Positions 35,195-47,914 of a stretch of 64,000 nucleotides of DNA are shown one piece after another (position 1 is the first letter of the stretch; every line of letters starts with the position of its first letter). The translations under genes were made by a program, and so were the position numbers. The notes beneath the pieces were generated by a model. It searched no databases. It worked only from the letters and a program-made list of their open reading frames with translations, and was not told the DNA's origin. The DNA is from a virus, in IMG/VR virus record IMGVR_UViG_3300040786_000030, positions 24,281-88,280 of that record; one strand, given 5' to 3'.

Positions 35195-35512
35195 ATGATA
35201 AAATTCGAATTTGAAATAGTAAATTTAAAATGTATAATCGCTGATAGTGGATTTGAAAACATAATTAGCGAAGTTAATTGGAAATATAAAGCATTAGATG
35301 AGAGTGGTAAATTAATTATCGAAATGTTTGGTAGTGAAAATTTAGGTAACCCTAATTATGATAATTTCACACCGTTTGATGTGTTGACAAATGAAATAGT
35401 TATCGGTTGGTTGGTTAATATACTTTCCATTAAAGGTGAATTTGAAAGTGTATCTAGAATTGAACAGATGCAATCGCAAATGATAAGTATTAAAGAAACT
35501 AAAGAAAAATAA
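35195..35512 (+). CDS. Small tail-fibre-associated protein
   Basis: EVNWKY...FTPFDVLTNEIVIGWL is a pattern typical of small proteins next to phage tail fibres. Confidence 0.55.
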   Translation: MIKFEFEIVNLKCIIADSGFENIISEVNWKYKALDESGKLIIEMFGSENLGNPNYDNFTPFDVLTNEIVIGWLVNILSIKGEFESVSRIEQMQSQMISIKETKEK

Positions 35513-35602
35513 AATATGACATTGCTAATCCAAAAACAGTGATATTAAATTTACCTAACTAAATATTTTAACATTATAAAAAACATAAACAAATAAATAT
35601 AC

Positions 35603-35806
35603 ATGGTAAGACCATTAATTAGCCCAAAAGTTTATACTATCGAAACAGATAGAACAGTAGTAAAATCACCCAATAAACATATATCAACACCTTTAGGTAG
35701 TCCAAGAAATAGAACTGTTGTAATACCAGCACCAGAACCTGTTTTAGGTTTTATTTGTTACAAGAAAATGGGTCTTATTTATTACAAGAAGATAATGGTA
35801 GACTGA
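35603..35806 (+). CDS. Small hypothetical protein
   Basis: ORF with an A-rich leader; may be indel-affected. Confidence 0.35.
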   Translation: MVRPLISPKVYTIETDRTVVKSPNKHISTPLGSPRNRTVVIPAPEPVLGFICYKKMGLIYYKKIMVD

Positions 35807-35836
35807 TACTTTAAAATAATAAATATTAACTTATAA

Positions 35837-36205
35837 AATGGAATTTAATATAAATAAAACTCATCATTACCAATTTTAAAATTGAGTTGATTCAAGATGG
35901 AAGAAACGATTTTCGTAAATTCCACGAACAAATACAAAACGCAAACATTACATTTACAATGACTAATGTAATTACTGGCGTAATAAAGATAGGTAAATCA
36001 CCAGCTAAAATACAGCAAGTATTACCTAAAAGTGATTGTATCAACGATGAGTTTTATTTAACATACCAATTTAGTGAAACACAAACTCAGTTTCAGCTAG
36101 ATATATTGGTAGTTTTGAAATTACGTTTCTTGATGGTAGTGGGAAACTTATAGTCCCAATTAGAGAAAATCTATTCATTAATATTTTGATGGTGGTATAA
36201 AAAAA
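35837..36205 (+). CDS. Ig-like/baseplate-upper (BppU N-terminal-like) small protein, indel-split
   Basis: Reconstructed INKNSSLPILKIEL...ITFTMTN...LTYQFS...YIGSFEITF...LIVPIRENLFINI. Confidence 0.45.
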
Positions 36206-36209
36206 TAAT

Positions 36210-36307
36210 TTTGTAACATTAAAAAAAAATAGTAACTTTGTGTGTCACAAAGTTAAAAATAAAACCTATTCTGTACTTGTTTAATTAGTAATTGTTTAGT
36301 ACATTTG
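36210..36307 (+). promoter_or_regulatory. Two tandem Bacteroidota sigma70-type promoters upstream of the DNA polymerase, with a palindrome
   Basis: TTTG 36210-13 plus 19 nt plus TAACTTTG 36233-40; TTG 36277-79 plus 20 nt plus TACATTTG 36300-07; inverted repeat TAACTTTGTG-tgt-CACAAAGTTA at 36233-36255. Confidence 0.65.
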
Positions 36308-36323
36308 TGCAAAATAAATAATT

Positions 36324-39300
36324 ATGAGTAAAGAAACATTAAATATTAGTAATGAATTAATTGAATCATTCCTAGAAGGTACTGACCCTCAAAAGTATAT
36401 TGTAGCTGTTGAAGCTGGGTATAATGAGGGTAAGGTTACTTTAGTTGTTAATGACCCAGAAACTGGTAAACGAATGGAAGACCATAAATTTAAACCATTT
36501 TTATGGTTTAAAGAGAATATCGGTGATAGGTTATGATGGTGCTAGAATGAAACGAATAGCCGCTGGTGAAAATACGGTGTTAAAATCATAAAACTAAAAC
36601 TTCTAATTCAGAGGGGTTTACACCAGAAAGACTTCAAAATGGTTATAAATTCATGGCAATTTGTGATAATTCCTATAATAGTTTAATAAAATTTTTTGAT
36701 GCTGGTGGTGTAAAACTATTTGATAGGAATTCTCTAAAGATATTGTAATGTTTAACCCTGTTGAGCAATTCCTTATTCAAAGTGGTAAAAGATTATTTAA
36801 AGGTATGGACGATTATAATGATGTTCATAGATTTCAATTTGACTTAGAAACAACTGGTTTATTCGCTAAAAGAGATAGTGTATTTCAAGTAGGTGTTAGA
36901 GATAACAGAGGAATGGAACATGTTTTAGAGGTAGTGGGTGATAACGGTATTGAAAAAGACAATCTGAACGAGAAACAATTGATAAATTTTTTAGGATAAT
37001 TGATTTGGTTAAGCCAGATGTTATTACTGGTTATAACTCAGAAAACTTTGACTGGCCATTCTTATTTGAACGTGCCGATATTTTAGGTATGGATATTACC
37101 GAATTTGCAATCACCCTTAATAGAATTTCTAAGATTAAACGTAAACCATCTACTGTTAAATTTGGTGGTGAAACCGAACATTATCTACAAACAAACATGT
37201 ATGGGTATAGTATATTAGATATTTCACATGCAGTACGTAGAGCAATGGCTATTAACTCTGAAATTAAAAGTTGGGGTTAAAATATATCACACAATATTCT
37301 GAAATTGCAAAACCAAATAGAGTTTATGTGCCTGGTGATAAGATTAACACAACATGGGCCGATAAGGTAAATAAATACGCATTTAACGATAACAATGGTG
37401 ATTGGTATAAAATAACTGATTCAAATCCATTAAAAGAAGGTTACCAAATAAAAAAAGGTGATTATATAGTACAAAGATATCTTTGTGATGATTTATGGGA
37501 AACTGAGCAAATTGATAATATTTTTAATCAAGCTAGTTTCTTAATTGCAAAAATATTACCAACATCATTTCAACGTAGTTCAACTATGGAACTGCTGGGC
37601 AATGGAAGTTAATTATGTCAGCTTGGTCTTATCAAAATAAATTAGCAATACCAGAAACACAAAGTAAACGTGATTTCGTTGGTGGTCTATCCTCGTTTAT
37701 TAGAGTTAGGTTACGCTAAGGATGTTTATAAACTGATTTTGCTGCTCTTTACCCTAAAATTGAAATTACGCATGGTATTTTCCCAAATTTAGATATAAGT
37801 GGTGTAATGGAAGGTATTCTTACTTATGTAGTTGATACTCGTGATAATTTTAAGTTTCTTACAGGTACAGAAAAATATTTATAAAGCATTGGAAAAAAGT
37901 TAAAAAGTGAAAGTGAAACATTAACAGATAGAGAGAAAATAACATTAAAAAAGAGATAGTTAAACATAAAGCTTTAGCTAACTTATATGATAAAAACAAT
38001 TACCACTTAAAATACTAGCAAACTCTTGGTTTGGTTCTTATGGTGCACCATATATTTTAATTGGGGTGATACAGATTGTGCTGAAGAAACCACTTGTCGT
38101 GGTCGTCAGTATTTAAGGCTTATGGTTAAATTTTTCTATGGTAAGTATAATTTTAGACCTTTGGTTGGTGATACAGATGGTTTTAACTTTGCAGCCCCTA
38201 GTAATATTAATGATATTAAATATGTCGCAAAAGGTAGTCACTGGAAAACAACTAACGATGGTGGTAAAGAATTAGTCGGTATTTATGCCGCATTAGCGGA
38301 ATTTAACGAAACATATATGGAAGGTCGTATGGGTTTAGACCTAGATGATATTTGTAGTTCAACAATTAATTTTGCTAGGAAAATTATGCAAACGATATTG
38401 GTGGTAAAATTAAATTAGTTGGTAACTCGGTTAAATCTAAGAGAATGTCAGTTTATATCGAAGATTTCTTAGGTAAATCTATTCGTATGTTATTAGATGG
38501 CGATGGACATTCCTTTATTAATTACTATTATGAGTATGTTGATAAGATTTATAATTATCAAATACCATTAGTTAAAATGGCATCAAAAGCTAGGGTTAAA
38601 GCTACTATGGTAGATTATAAAAGAAAGCTTTAATGAAGAATAAAGCTGGTAATCCTATGCCTAAACAAGCACATATGGAATTAGCTTTTAACGCTGAATT
38701 AGATGTTACATTAGGTGATACACTTTATTACATTAATACTGGTACCGCTAAATCACATGGTGATTTAAAACTACTGATAAAGTAAAGATGACTAAAAACA
38801 GAAAGACCTTTATTTCAAAGAAAATGGCGTTTACCCAATTGTTGAAAAAATTGTTGAATTAAATTGTAAGTTGATTGACCCAAGTATTATCGAGAAAGAT
38901 TTTGAATTGATTAAAGAATTGGAAATGCTTAAAAGGCACTTGTAGCTATTGAAACCGATGATACTGATAATACTGATAAATCTTATATATCTATTAAAAA
39001 TAAAATTGAAGAAATCAATGTTAGTTTATTTACTGATGAATATAATGTTGCTCGTTATTTAGATGCTTTTAATAAAAAGTTAAACCTTTATTAGTTTGTT
39101 TTAATTTAGACGTTCGTAATGATATTTTATTAGATATTATAAAAATTAAAGATAAGCAAACTAAAGTTATTACCGAAAAATTAAAAGATAGGACTATCTT
39201 TACTATTGGTGAGTGTGAATTAGTTTCTGGTATATCTAATAAGGTTGGTGACCAAGATTCATATGAAGATTTAATGCGTATGGAAGATAAGGAGATTAAG

Positions 39301-40316
39301 TTTTGGGTTAAAGTTGATAAACTTCCTAACAATATGGAACAAGATGAATGGGAAGTTATTGTTACTGATTACCACGAGCGTTTACGTTTAGCTAAGATAG
39401 ATGGTGTTAAATATGAAAAAGATTCATTAGATGATATTATTAAACACTTAGAAATTCACGAATTAGAAAATATAATTAAAATAGGTGAACTACCAATGGA
39501 TATATTTGTATTTTCAGACATCGCTGATGATGATTCAGGATTGTTAATTTCCAGAAAATGGAACGAACCATTATGTCATAGTTCAGAATTGTTTAAATAT
39601 AGTGACGAAGCTAAGAAACGATATGAATATTATCAATTATTAAATATTAATGATGATAATAACAAATATGAACAATATTTAGATTATTTAGCTGAACAAA
39701 AATTTATAACTGGTGATACTATGACAATTATCATTGACGAAAATGACGAATCTGCTGGTGAAAAGAATTTATTGATTTAGAAGCTATTACTGACTTAATA
39801 AAGGTTAAATCACCTAAAATGGTTATTAAATTACCTGAAGAAAAAAAAGAAAGTAAAACTTTCTGAAGATGATGAAGAAGAAGAAGATGACGTAAATGAT
39901 GAGGTAATTAAATTAGACGATGAGGTTGATGATACTGTTGCATCAATACCAGAGGAATACCTTGAATTATTTACTCTGAAGAAAAACAAGATATTACTAA
40001 CACAGCCTTAGACGATATACATAAACTAAAAACGTAAAACAAGAGATAAAAGCTATTTAACCGATAATGGTTGGGAAGAAAAAGCGATAATTGTTGGGTT
40101 AAAACTGATTGGTTAGATGCTGGAGAAGGTGCTGAAAACCCAAATTGGTATAGATATGAAAATTTTGATAAAGCTTATGAGATTGCTTTATCTGAAGAAA
40201 GTAATAAAACAACACCTTGGGTTACGATACAAGAATGGAAACAATCTAAAGATAAAACAGAAACAGATGAATGGGTTTCTAATAATAATAAAGGGCCGTA
40301 TGGTTTATTATTTTAA
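36324..40316 (+). CDS. polB: Family B DNA polymerase, heavily indel-split (C-terminal limit uncertain)
   Basis: Exonuclease motifs FDLETTG, GYNSENFDWPFL and YLCDDLWET. Polymerase motifs DFAALYP, QLPLKILANSWFG and VGDTDG. Coding appears to continue through an acidic tract to 40316. Confidence 0.93.
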
Positions 40317-41448
40317 TATACCCAAAATCCTTGTGGGTGGAATTTTAAAGCTGTGTTTAAATCTTGTGCTTCTTTAGCGCTCTCTCTAATTGTGATGTTG
40401 TAGATAGTTTTAATAATCTAGCATCTAATCTTTCTAAAACTGCCCTTCTTTCATCATTACCTTCAGTTATTAATGTTTCGTAATCCATAGTCCTTTCAGC
40501 TTCTGGTGGACCTACAATACCCCCAAATTTACTCTAGTTCTACCTAGAGCTCTTTTAGCCTCAGCAATAAATAATTGCCTTACAAGAGTTCTAGTAGGTT
40601 CATTAAAATCAACGTATTCTAATCTAGATAATTCAACTTGATTTGGCATTTTAATTATATCTGGATTATCTTTTAAACAAGCATCAACATTCTCTGGGTT
40701 AGTCTCATAATAGTAATACCAAACTTGACAACCAGTCATATTTATAGAGCTTGAAACACCGCCAACACCTTGACCAAATGAAATCTTAGAACCAGGCGTG
40801 GATAAAAGATGTAATAATTTAGTACCATTTGCACCAGCTGTTATTTTATAAACTAATTCACTTCTAACTATTCTATTTTTAAGATTCATATCAGCAGCTG
40901 TCAATAAGATATCAAAGGCTGGTGCGATATAGTAACCACTTCTTTGATTAGCACCACCAGTACCTACACCACCACCTACTTGTGCGAATCCACCACCAAA
41001 ACCATAATCAATACCACCATAATTGGCTAATAACGCTTGACTCATAGCTGGTGGGGTTATCCAAAGTACTTCATTTACCTCACGATTAGCTGGTATAGTA
41101 TAAACTTGTCTACCATTTTCTAACTCTACAAAGTCTTTTTAATTCCCAAGGTCCATTAGTTTGATGACCAACTTGTTTAGAATACGCATAAGTATATTGA
41201 TTTACATAATCTAGACTTCTAACACTTAAAGCAAATGCCATATCGGTTGTTCCTACAGTTTTACCTAATAATGATTGCCATTGATGTTCTATTAACCATT
41301 CTTGGACATATTGAGCGTAATCCTCAATTGCAATTTCCAAGTAAGTACATAACATTTCATCAGTTACTTCTATTTGACGAATTGGCGCACCGATAGAATG
41401 TCTAAACTGTCTGAATAATTTTTCAGTATCTTTACTACTTATACTCAT
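40313..41448 (-). CDS. gp13: Neck/head-tail adaptor protein (T4 gp13-like), indel-split
   Basis: IGAPIRQIEVTDEML...EIAIEDY matches the gp13 N-terminus; ...VRQLFIAEAKRALGRTR. Confidence 0.75.
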
Positions 41449-41462
41449 GTTTTCTTTTTATT

Positions 41463-41469
41463 ATAAATA
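41463..41469 (-). promoter_or_regulatory. Putative late promoter core TATTTAT
   Basis: 15 nt upstream of the gp13-like ATG. Confidence 0.55.
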
Positions 41470-41482
41470 TAATAAAAATATA

Positions 41483-41737
41483 TTAAATTAAAAAATTCTT
41501 AGTTAATTCAAAACCCTCTTTAATTGTTTTAAAAGAAACGTTAGGTATTAGTAACTGTTTACCAACTTTTATAACTGGTACTTCGTCTGACTTAGTTTTC
41601 TCATATATTAATCTATATTCTTCTTTATTTTCAGGTAAAAGAACATTAACATCTCTAAAGGTTATATTATCTTTAGTTAAAAACTCTTTTAATTCATTAC
41701 AGTACCCACATTTTGGTACACTATATATCGTTAACAT
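41483..41737 (-). CDS. Glutaredoxin/NrdH-like redoxin
   Basis: IYSVPKCGYCNELKEFL...VPVIKVG (CxxC and cis-Pro motif). Confidence 0.9.
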   Translation of the reverse strand: MLTIYSVPKCGYCNELKEFLTKDNITFRDVNVLLPENKEEYRLIYEKTKSDEVPVIKVGKQLLIPNVSFKTIKEGFELTKNFLI

Positions 41738-41749
41738 ATTCTCCAGATA

Positions 41750-43555
41750 TTAATTTATCAACCAATAAGGTTGTTATTTGTTCATCGTTTAGTTTTTATC
41801 ACCCATGATTATTGAAATATTATCAGTCTTTTCTTTTAATAATTCCCATATTCTAGTACTAATAGTATCATCAAATAACTGATAATAAACATTTACGTTA
41901 TTTTTTGTCCAATACGGAAAGCCCTATCTTCTGCTTGTTCATTATTACCAGGCACCCAATCAAATGAGTTAAAAATAACCACAGTACCCTCAGTTAGTGT
42001 TATCCCAACACCAGCTGATAATATATTACCAACAAAACCTTAATCTTGGGTTTTCCTGAAATGCATCAACTGATTTTTGTTTCATCTTAGTTGTCATAAG
42101 ACCATTGTGTTTAACCGCTAGTTTACCAAAATGTTCTTGTATTGTTTCTAGTTCTTCAGTAAAACTAGTAAATATAATAACTTTGCGACCCATTTCAATC
42201 GCATTTTCAGCGATATCTATAGTGTAAGGTATTGATATTGATGCAATGTATTGTCTTAATAATATTAATTCAACTAAATCTTTTTGTGTCTCTATTGATT
42301 TTTTACCTTGTAATTTTCTTTTTCAGTATAATCATCCCATAGTTTATCATATTGTATTAACTCTTTATGTGATAATTTTTGATACATAGGTGTAATTACT
42401 TTGTCAGGCATATCTAAAACTTCAGTTTTAATCGCCTTAAAAATATGTTTTAGTCTTAGAGGCTAATTCTTCTAAATTACTAGCACCATCAGTTAACCAT
42501 ATCTGTTTTTTTTGCCCATTTTAAGCACTCTAAAGAACTGTTTACCTTCACAGTATCTTACGGCATAGTGTTTCCAATTTTGAGCAATAGGGGACTTAAT
42601 AATCTTTAATAAATTAAAATAATCCATTGGTCTATTAGCTACTGGGGTACCAGTTAATAACCAAACTTTATCTATATTATATTTTACAGATAATTCCACC
42701 ATAATTTTACCACGAATACTCTCGTTATTCTTTAATTTATGTGCTTCATCTATTATACATAAATCAAAATTAGCGTTAACTAAATCATGATGTATTATAA
42801 CTTCCTTTTATCTTTTTATTATTCGGTAATGTGTGAAAATTTTTAAGTATGTCAAAGTTAATTATCACAAACTTAGCGTCACCCATTTATTACCATCAAT
42901 TATTGTTGTATCATTACAAAATGTATTAATCTCTCTTCCCAGTTAATTTTAGTTGATGATGGGCAAACTACTAGTATTTTTTTAGCACCACTTTCTAATG
43001 CCGCAATAATTGATTGCATGGATTTACCTAATCCCATATCATCACCTAATATAGCACCATTTCTAGACAATAAAATTTAATACCATCTTCTTGGTGTTGG
43101 TATAATTTTTTATTGTTTTGAGATAAGATATCATTATATTTACTAAAATCAACATCAACATTAATAGGTTCAAAATATGGGTCATCATATACTTGAGTTT
43201 TAGGTAGGAAATACATCTTAGATTTTTGTTTAGTTGTTAATTTACCATATACATGATATGTTTTATCATTTTCAGCTAACATAAACTCTATTAATATTTT
43301 TCTGGTGTGAAAGCTAGTTCTTCAGTTCTTTTAATTCTTGACCTATGTAACTAGATATTCTTATCACCCTATTTATTAACATAGGGTCTCGGTTATAATT
43401 ACTAACTATATAATTAATTTGATTATCAGTTAATATTATTTTACCGTTTTTTATAAAACTTTCTTTTAATTTTCTTATATATGGATTTATACCATTATAG
43501 ATTTTAAGTGCTCTAAGGCTGACCTTCCCTTTATATCTGCTAATTTTATCAATTC
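41750..43555 (-). CDS. SNF2-family (HARP/SMARCAL1-like) helicase, indel-split
   Basis: [57 protein letters not shown]. Confidence 0.9.
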
Positions 43556-43647
43556 AAAATAGTTTATTTTTATGGTTATATTTATTAAATATAATCATTA
43601 TTTAAATAAAAATCAAGTGTTAAATAGTTATTAACTAAAAAAGTAAA

Positions 43648-43654
43648 TATTTAT
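43648..43654 (+). promoter_or_regulatory. Putative late promoter core TATTTAT
   Basis: 12 nt upstream of the ATG at 43666. Confidence 0.55.
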
Positions 43655-43665
43655 TAATAAAAACT

Positions 43666-44189
43666 ATGCGTAATAACAAAATTATACCTATAACTCGTAT
43701 AAATAAATTTTTTCTGAAGAAGATTTTAACTTAGAAATTGAGATGGGTCGTGAGGCAATTGAAGGTGATGGTAACTTTACAGTTATTCTATATCAAGTTG
43801 ATAGAGAATTGACTGAATATGATAGTGTTTATGGTGAAGCGTCTAAGGATGGTATTAGGTATTCACCACCAGTTGAGCTTAAGGTTATACCAATAATGGC
43901 AGCACCTGAAAATAAGTCTTATAATTCGTCAAATGGTGGTTTAAGACATTTACAAGATGGTCAATTGACATTTGGTATTTATGATGCACAATTAACCGAA
44001 TTAAATGTAGAGTTAAATTATGGTGATTATATAGGTTATCCAGTAACTGAAACTGAAGTACGTTATTTTAGTGTTGTTAATGATGGATTAAAAAATTATG
44101 ATAATAAACATACTATAATGGGGTATAAGGGTGCTTTTCGTACCGTTGTTTGTGCGACAGTAGATGGAAACGAATTTAGAGCATTGTAA
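43666..44189 (+). CDS. Neck/head-closure protein (T4 gp14-like)
   Basis: DSVYGEA...YSPPVEL...GQLTFGIYDAQL...ELNYGDYI; synteny with the gp15-like gene. Confidence 0.65.
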
Positions 44190-44201
44190 ATAAATTAAAC
44201 T

Positions 44202-45260
44202 ATGGGAATGCAAAAGGTTATAGAACCAACATAAATATTAAAAATCAAAAAATAGGTCCAGAACGTAGACAAGAAATATTAGATAATATATCTGATAAAG
44301 GAACTTTTCTACCTAGAGGTGTTTTGGAAGAAGATATGGACCAAACTTTTGTTGAGTATCTGAATTCAGATACTGGGTTGTCGATTAGTATCGATGGTGC
44401 TAAAGTGCCTGTAATTTTTTTAACAATACAAAGGTGGGTTGAATTCTCTAAAACTTGGCAATTTTCAGATAAATATAAAAATATATCATTACCATTTATA
44501 ACAATAATTAGAAAACCAGATATTCAACAAGGTCAAAACCAAGCTGGCTTATGGAATATCCCAGGAAACAGAACTTACACTTATACTAAAATACCAACAT
44601 GGGATGGTATAAGAGAGGGTATGGATTTATATAAAGTACCACAACCAACATCTGTAGATTTAATGTATGAGGTTAGATTATTTACCAATAAAATGAAAGA
44701 TTTAAATAAGTTCAATAGAAAAATTCAAAGAGCTTTCCAGTCAAATCAATCATATATAAACGTTAATGGTCATCCAATGCCTTTAAAGTTAGAAAGTATC
44801 GGTGATGAAAGTAATATCGAAGATTTTGAAAATAGACGATTTTATGTTCAAATGTTTGAAATGAAATTACTAGGTTATATTTTAGATGAAGATGATTATG
44901 AAGTCGTACCAACAATAAATAGAACCATGTTAACGATTGAAGTGGAAGAAACTAGAATAGTTTCAGATATTGTATTTGATACTGATAAAAAAGGGTAACA
45001 CTGCGACTTATAGTTTTGTCTTTAAACCAAAATCAGATTCTAAATTTTCATTTACCGCACAATATGATATAACATTTACACAATTAATCGATATTCAAAA
45101 CATTTCTAATATTAGTATTAGAGTTAATGGTGTGCTAGTATTAAATGGGTTAATAATGTCAAACTCAATAATATTAAAGTCTAGTGACATTGTTGAAATT
45201 AAAATAATAAAAAATAACTTGGTGACAGGTATATTTAAACCAATCGGAACTACTATATAA
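44202..45260 (+). CDS. Tail sheath stabiliser/terminator (T4 gp15-like), indel-split
   Basis: VPVIFL..QRW, LPFITIIR, PQPTSVDLMYEV...DLNKF pattern. Confidence 0.65.
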
Positions 45261-45651
45261 TGAGTTGTAACACAAATTTATCAGATATTAACCAAACTTT
45301 TATCGTTGAGGCTATTATCACAACTGATGCATATAGTGGTGCTTGTGATGGTGTTCATACTAACGAATTACTTAGTTGTGATGGTGACGCAACAATATAT
45401 CTATCAACTGGTGAGACAATTTTAATACTAGTATTACATCATCAGGAGATGGTGAAATTGATTTAGGTTTACCTGTTAGAAGATTTAGAAATATTAATAC
45501 AATTAGTGGTGCGTCTACAGTTTGGATATCTAGTATTAAAATTATAACACCAACATTAGATTTAGGGTTAGATTCTGATGGTAATATTAGACAAATAACT
45601 GCAAATAATTCGGTTATTAGTTATGATGTTTTAGAAGGTGGCACATATTAA
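45260..45651 (+). CDS. Small tail-associated protein ending LEGGTY, indel-split
   Basis: Coupled to the gp15-like stop; DLGLPVRRFRNINT segment. Confidence 0.5.
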
Positions 45652-45686
45652 CATAAAAAATAAATAAATAAAGGTCAAAATTAACA

Positions 45687-45693
45687 TATTTAT
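45687..45693 (+). promoter_or_regulatory. Putative late promoter core TATTTAT
   Basis: 18 nt upstream of the ATG at 45711. Confidence 0.55.
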
Positions 45694-45710
45694 ATAAAAA
45701 AGATAAAACA

Positions 45711-47894
45711 ATGGCAAAAAAGAAATGCGACATTAATAATTAAAAATAATGCAAATTCAAACGCACCATTTTCTGGTGCTTCGTTATATGCTGGTGAGGC
45801 TATTGTAAATACCGCTGGTGGTGTAATGATGTTCTCTGGTGTTACTAGTGGGTCAAATGATTGGGTACCAGCTGGTATTGGTGCTAATGCTAACTTTTTG
45901 AGGTTGGTTCTAATTTATATAATTTAAAAATTAGAAACCAAATAAGTTCTTATAGTGGTTTAACTAATTTATCTGGTAAATTTTATCTGGTACTACAAAT
46001 GGTTTTGTATTAGGTAATATATCTGCCATAGCTGGTATTGATACTTACCTTACTGGTGGTACATATAATAACCCAACTGGTACTGCTACGTATACTAATA
46101 ATTTTGGTGGTATATTTAATGTGAGTGGGTTTTACACTGGTGCAACTGATGTATTTATAACTGGCGCAACTACTAATAACTCAAATAAATCTTATAATTT
46201 CACAAATAATACTGGTGGAACATTTAGTGTATCTGCATTAACTGATATATTTCTTACAGGTGGTACTCCTAATAACTCAACCAAATCTTATACTTTAACA
46301 AATAATACTGGTGGAACATTTAACGTATCAGCATTAACTGATATATTTCTTACTGGTGCAACCGCAAATAATATAACCAAAACTTATACATTCGCAAATA
46401 ATACTGGTGGAACCTTTAATGTGTCTGCATTAACTGATATATTTGTTAGTGGTGGAACATATTCAGCTGGAACAGCAACATTTACGAATAGTACTGGTGG
46501 AACATTTAATGTATCTGGGTTTAGCGCATTAGGTAATGATACCGTAGTAACAGGTGGTACACCTAATAACTCAACCAAATCTTATACTTTCGCAAATAAT
46601 ACTGGTGGTACATTTAACGTATCAGCATTAACTGATATATTTCTTACTGGTGGTACACCTAATAACTCAACCAAATCTTATACTTTAACAAATAATACTG
46701 GTGGAACATTTAATGTATCCGCATTAACTGATATATTTCTTACTGGCGCAACTCCAAATAATATAACCAAAACATATAGTTTTGCAAATAATACTGGTGG
46801 AACCTTTAATGTGTCTGCATTAACTGATATATTTGTTAGTGGTGGAACATATTCAACTGGAACAGCAACATTTAATAATAGTACTGGTGGAACATTTAAT
46901 GTAGCTGGGTTTTACACTGGGGCAACTGATGTATTTGTTACTAGTGGTACTCTAATAACTCAACCAAAACTTATAGTTTTGCAAATAATACTGGTGGAAC
47001 GTTTAATGTGTCAGCATTAACTGATATATTTATTACAGGTGGTACTGCGAATAACATAACAAAACTTATACTTTAACAAATAATACTGGTGGAACATTTA
47101 ATATATCAGCATTAACTGATATATTTGTTACTGGTGCTACATATAATGCTGGAACAACAACGTTTAGGAATAGTACGGGTGGTACTTTACCGCTACTGGT
47201 TATAATACTGGAGACACTTTACAAGTGGATTCACATATTCATCAACCGAAAATAAATTAACGATTGCTAGAAATCAAGGTCAACCAGATTTAAGTGTTTT
47301 TATAACAACAGTATCTGGGTTAACAGTATCTGATTTATCAACCAATAGACTTGTCTATACAACAACTAATGGTAAATTAATAACTGGTACAGCAATATTT
47401 GATGGTACCAACATGTCATTACCAAGTGCTGGTTCTTTAAGTGTCGGTACAGGTGGTTTAACTATTGGTACAGGTGGTTCGGCTGGTATTAGTGGTACAG
47501 GTGATTTAGTTGTTAATGGTAATTTAACAGTATTTGGTGGTAGTATCTCAGCATTTACATCACAATTATATGTTGAGGATAATAATATTACACTTAATTA
47601 TAACCCTACTGGTAATACAATATCAACATCTGTTGGTGCTGGTTGGACGATACAAGATGGTAATGGTATAATTGAGGTGATATCAGTATGGATATTAGAA
47701 CCATGAGTACTTTAACGGGTATTACCGCAACTCAAGTACCTAACATAACAGAGTATACTGGTTTAAATGGTTTTACAAATAGAGGTTTAGTAACTCAACT
47801 AAACGATATAGTTATTAGAAGTAACAACGTTACAATACCTAATGGTGTTAGAGTATTAGCCGAATTTGACATTTTAGATGGTGGTAGTTACTAA
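45711..47894 (+). CDS. Tail fibre protein with an Mtd_N/hyaluronidase-like N-terminus and 32-aa repeats, indel-split
   Basis: N-terminal LYAGEAIVNTAGGVM; repeats ALTDIFxTGxTxNNxTKxYTxxNNTGGTFNVS; YVEDNNITLNY; C-terminal LDGGSY. Confidence 0.75.
46100..47200 (+). repeat. Coding repeat array, about 96-bp units with a 390-bp higher-order period
   Basis: aataatactggtgg/agtactggtgg at about 46207, 46303, 46399, 46489, 46597, 46693, 46789, 46879, 46987 and 47081. The segment from 46207 recurs at 46597. Confidence 0.92.
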
Positions 47895-47914
47895 ATAATA
47901 TAACTTAAATAATT

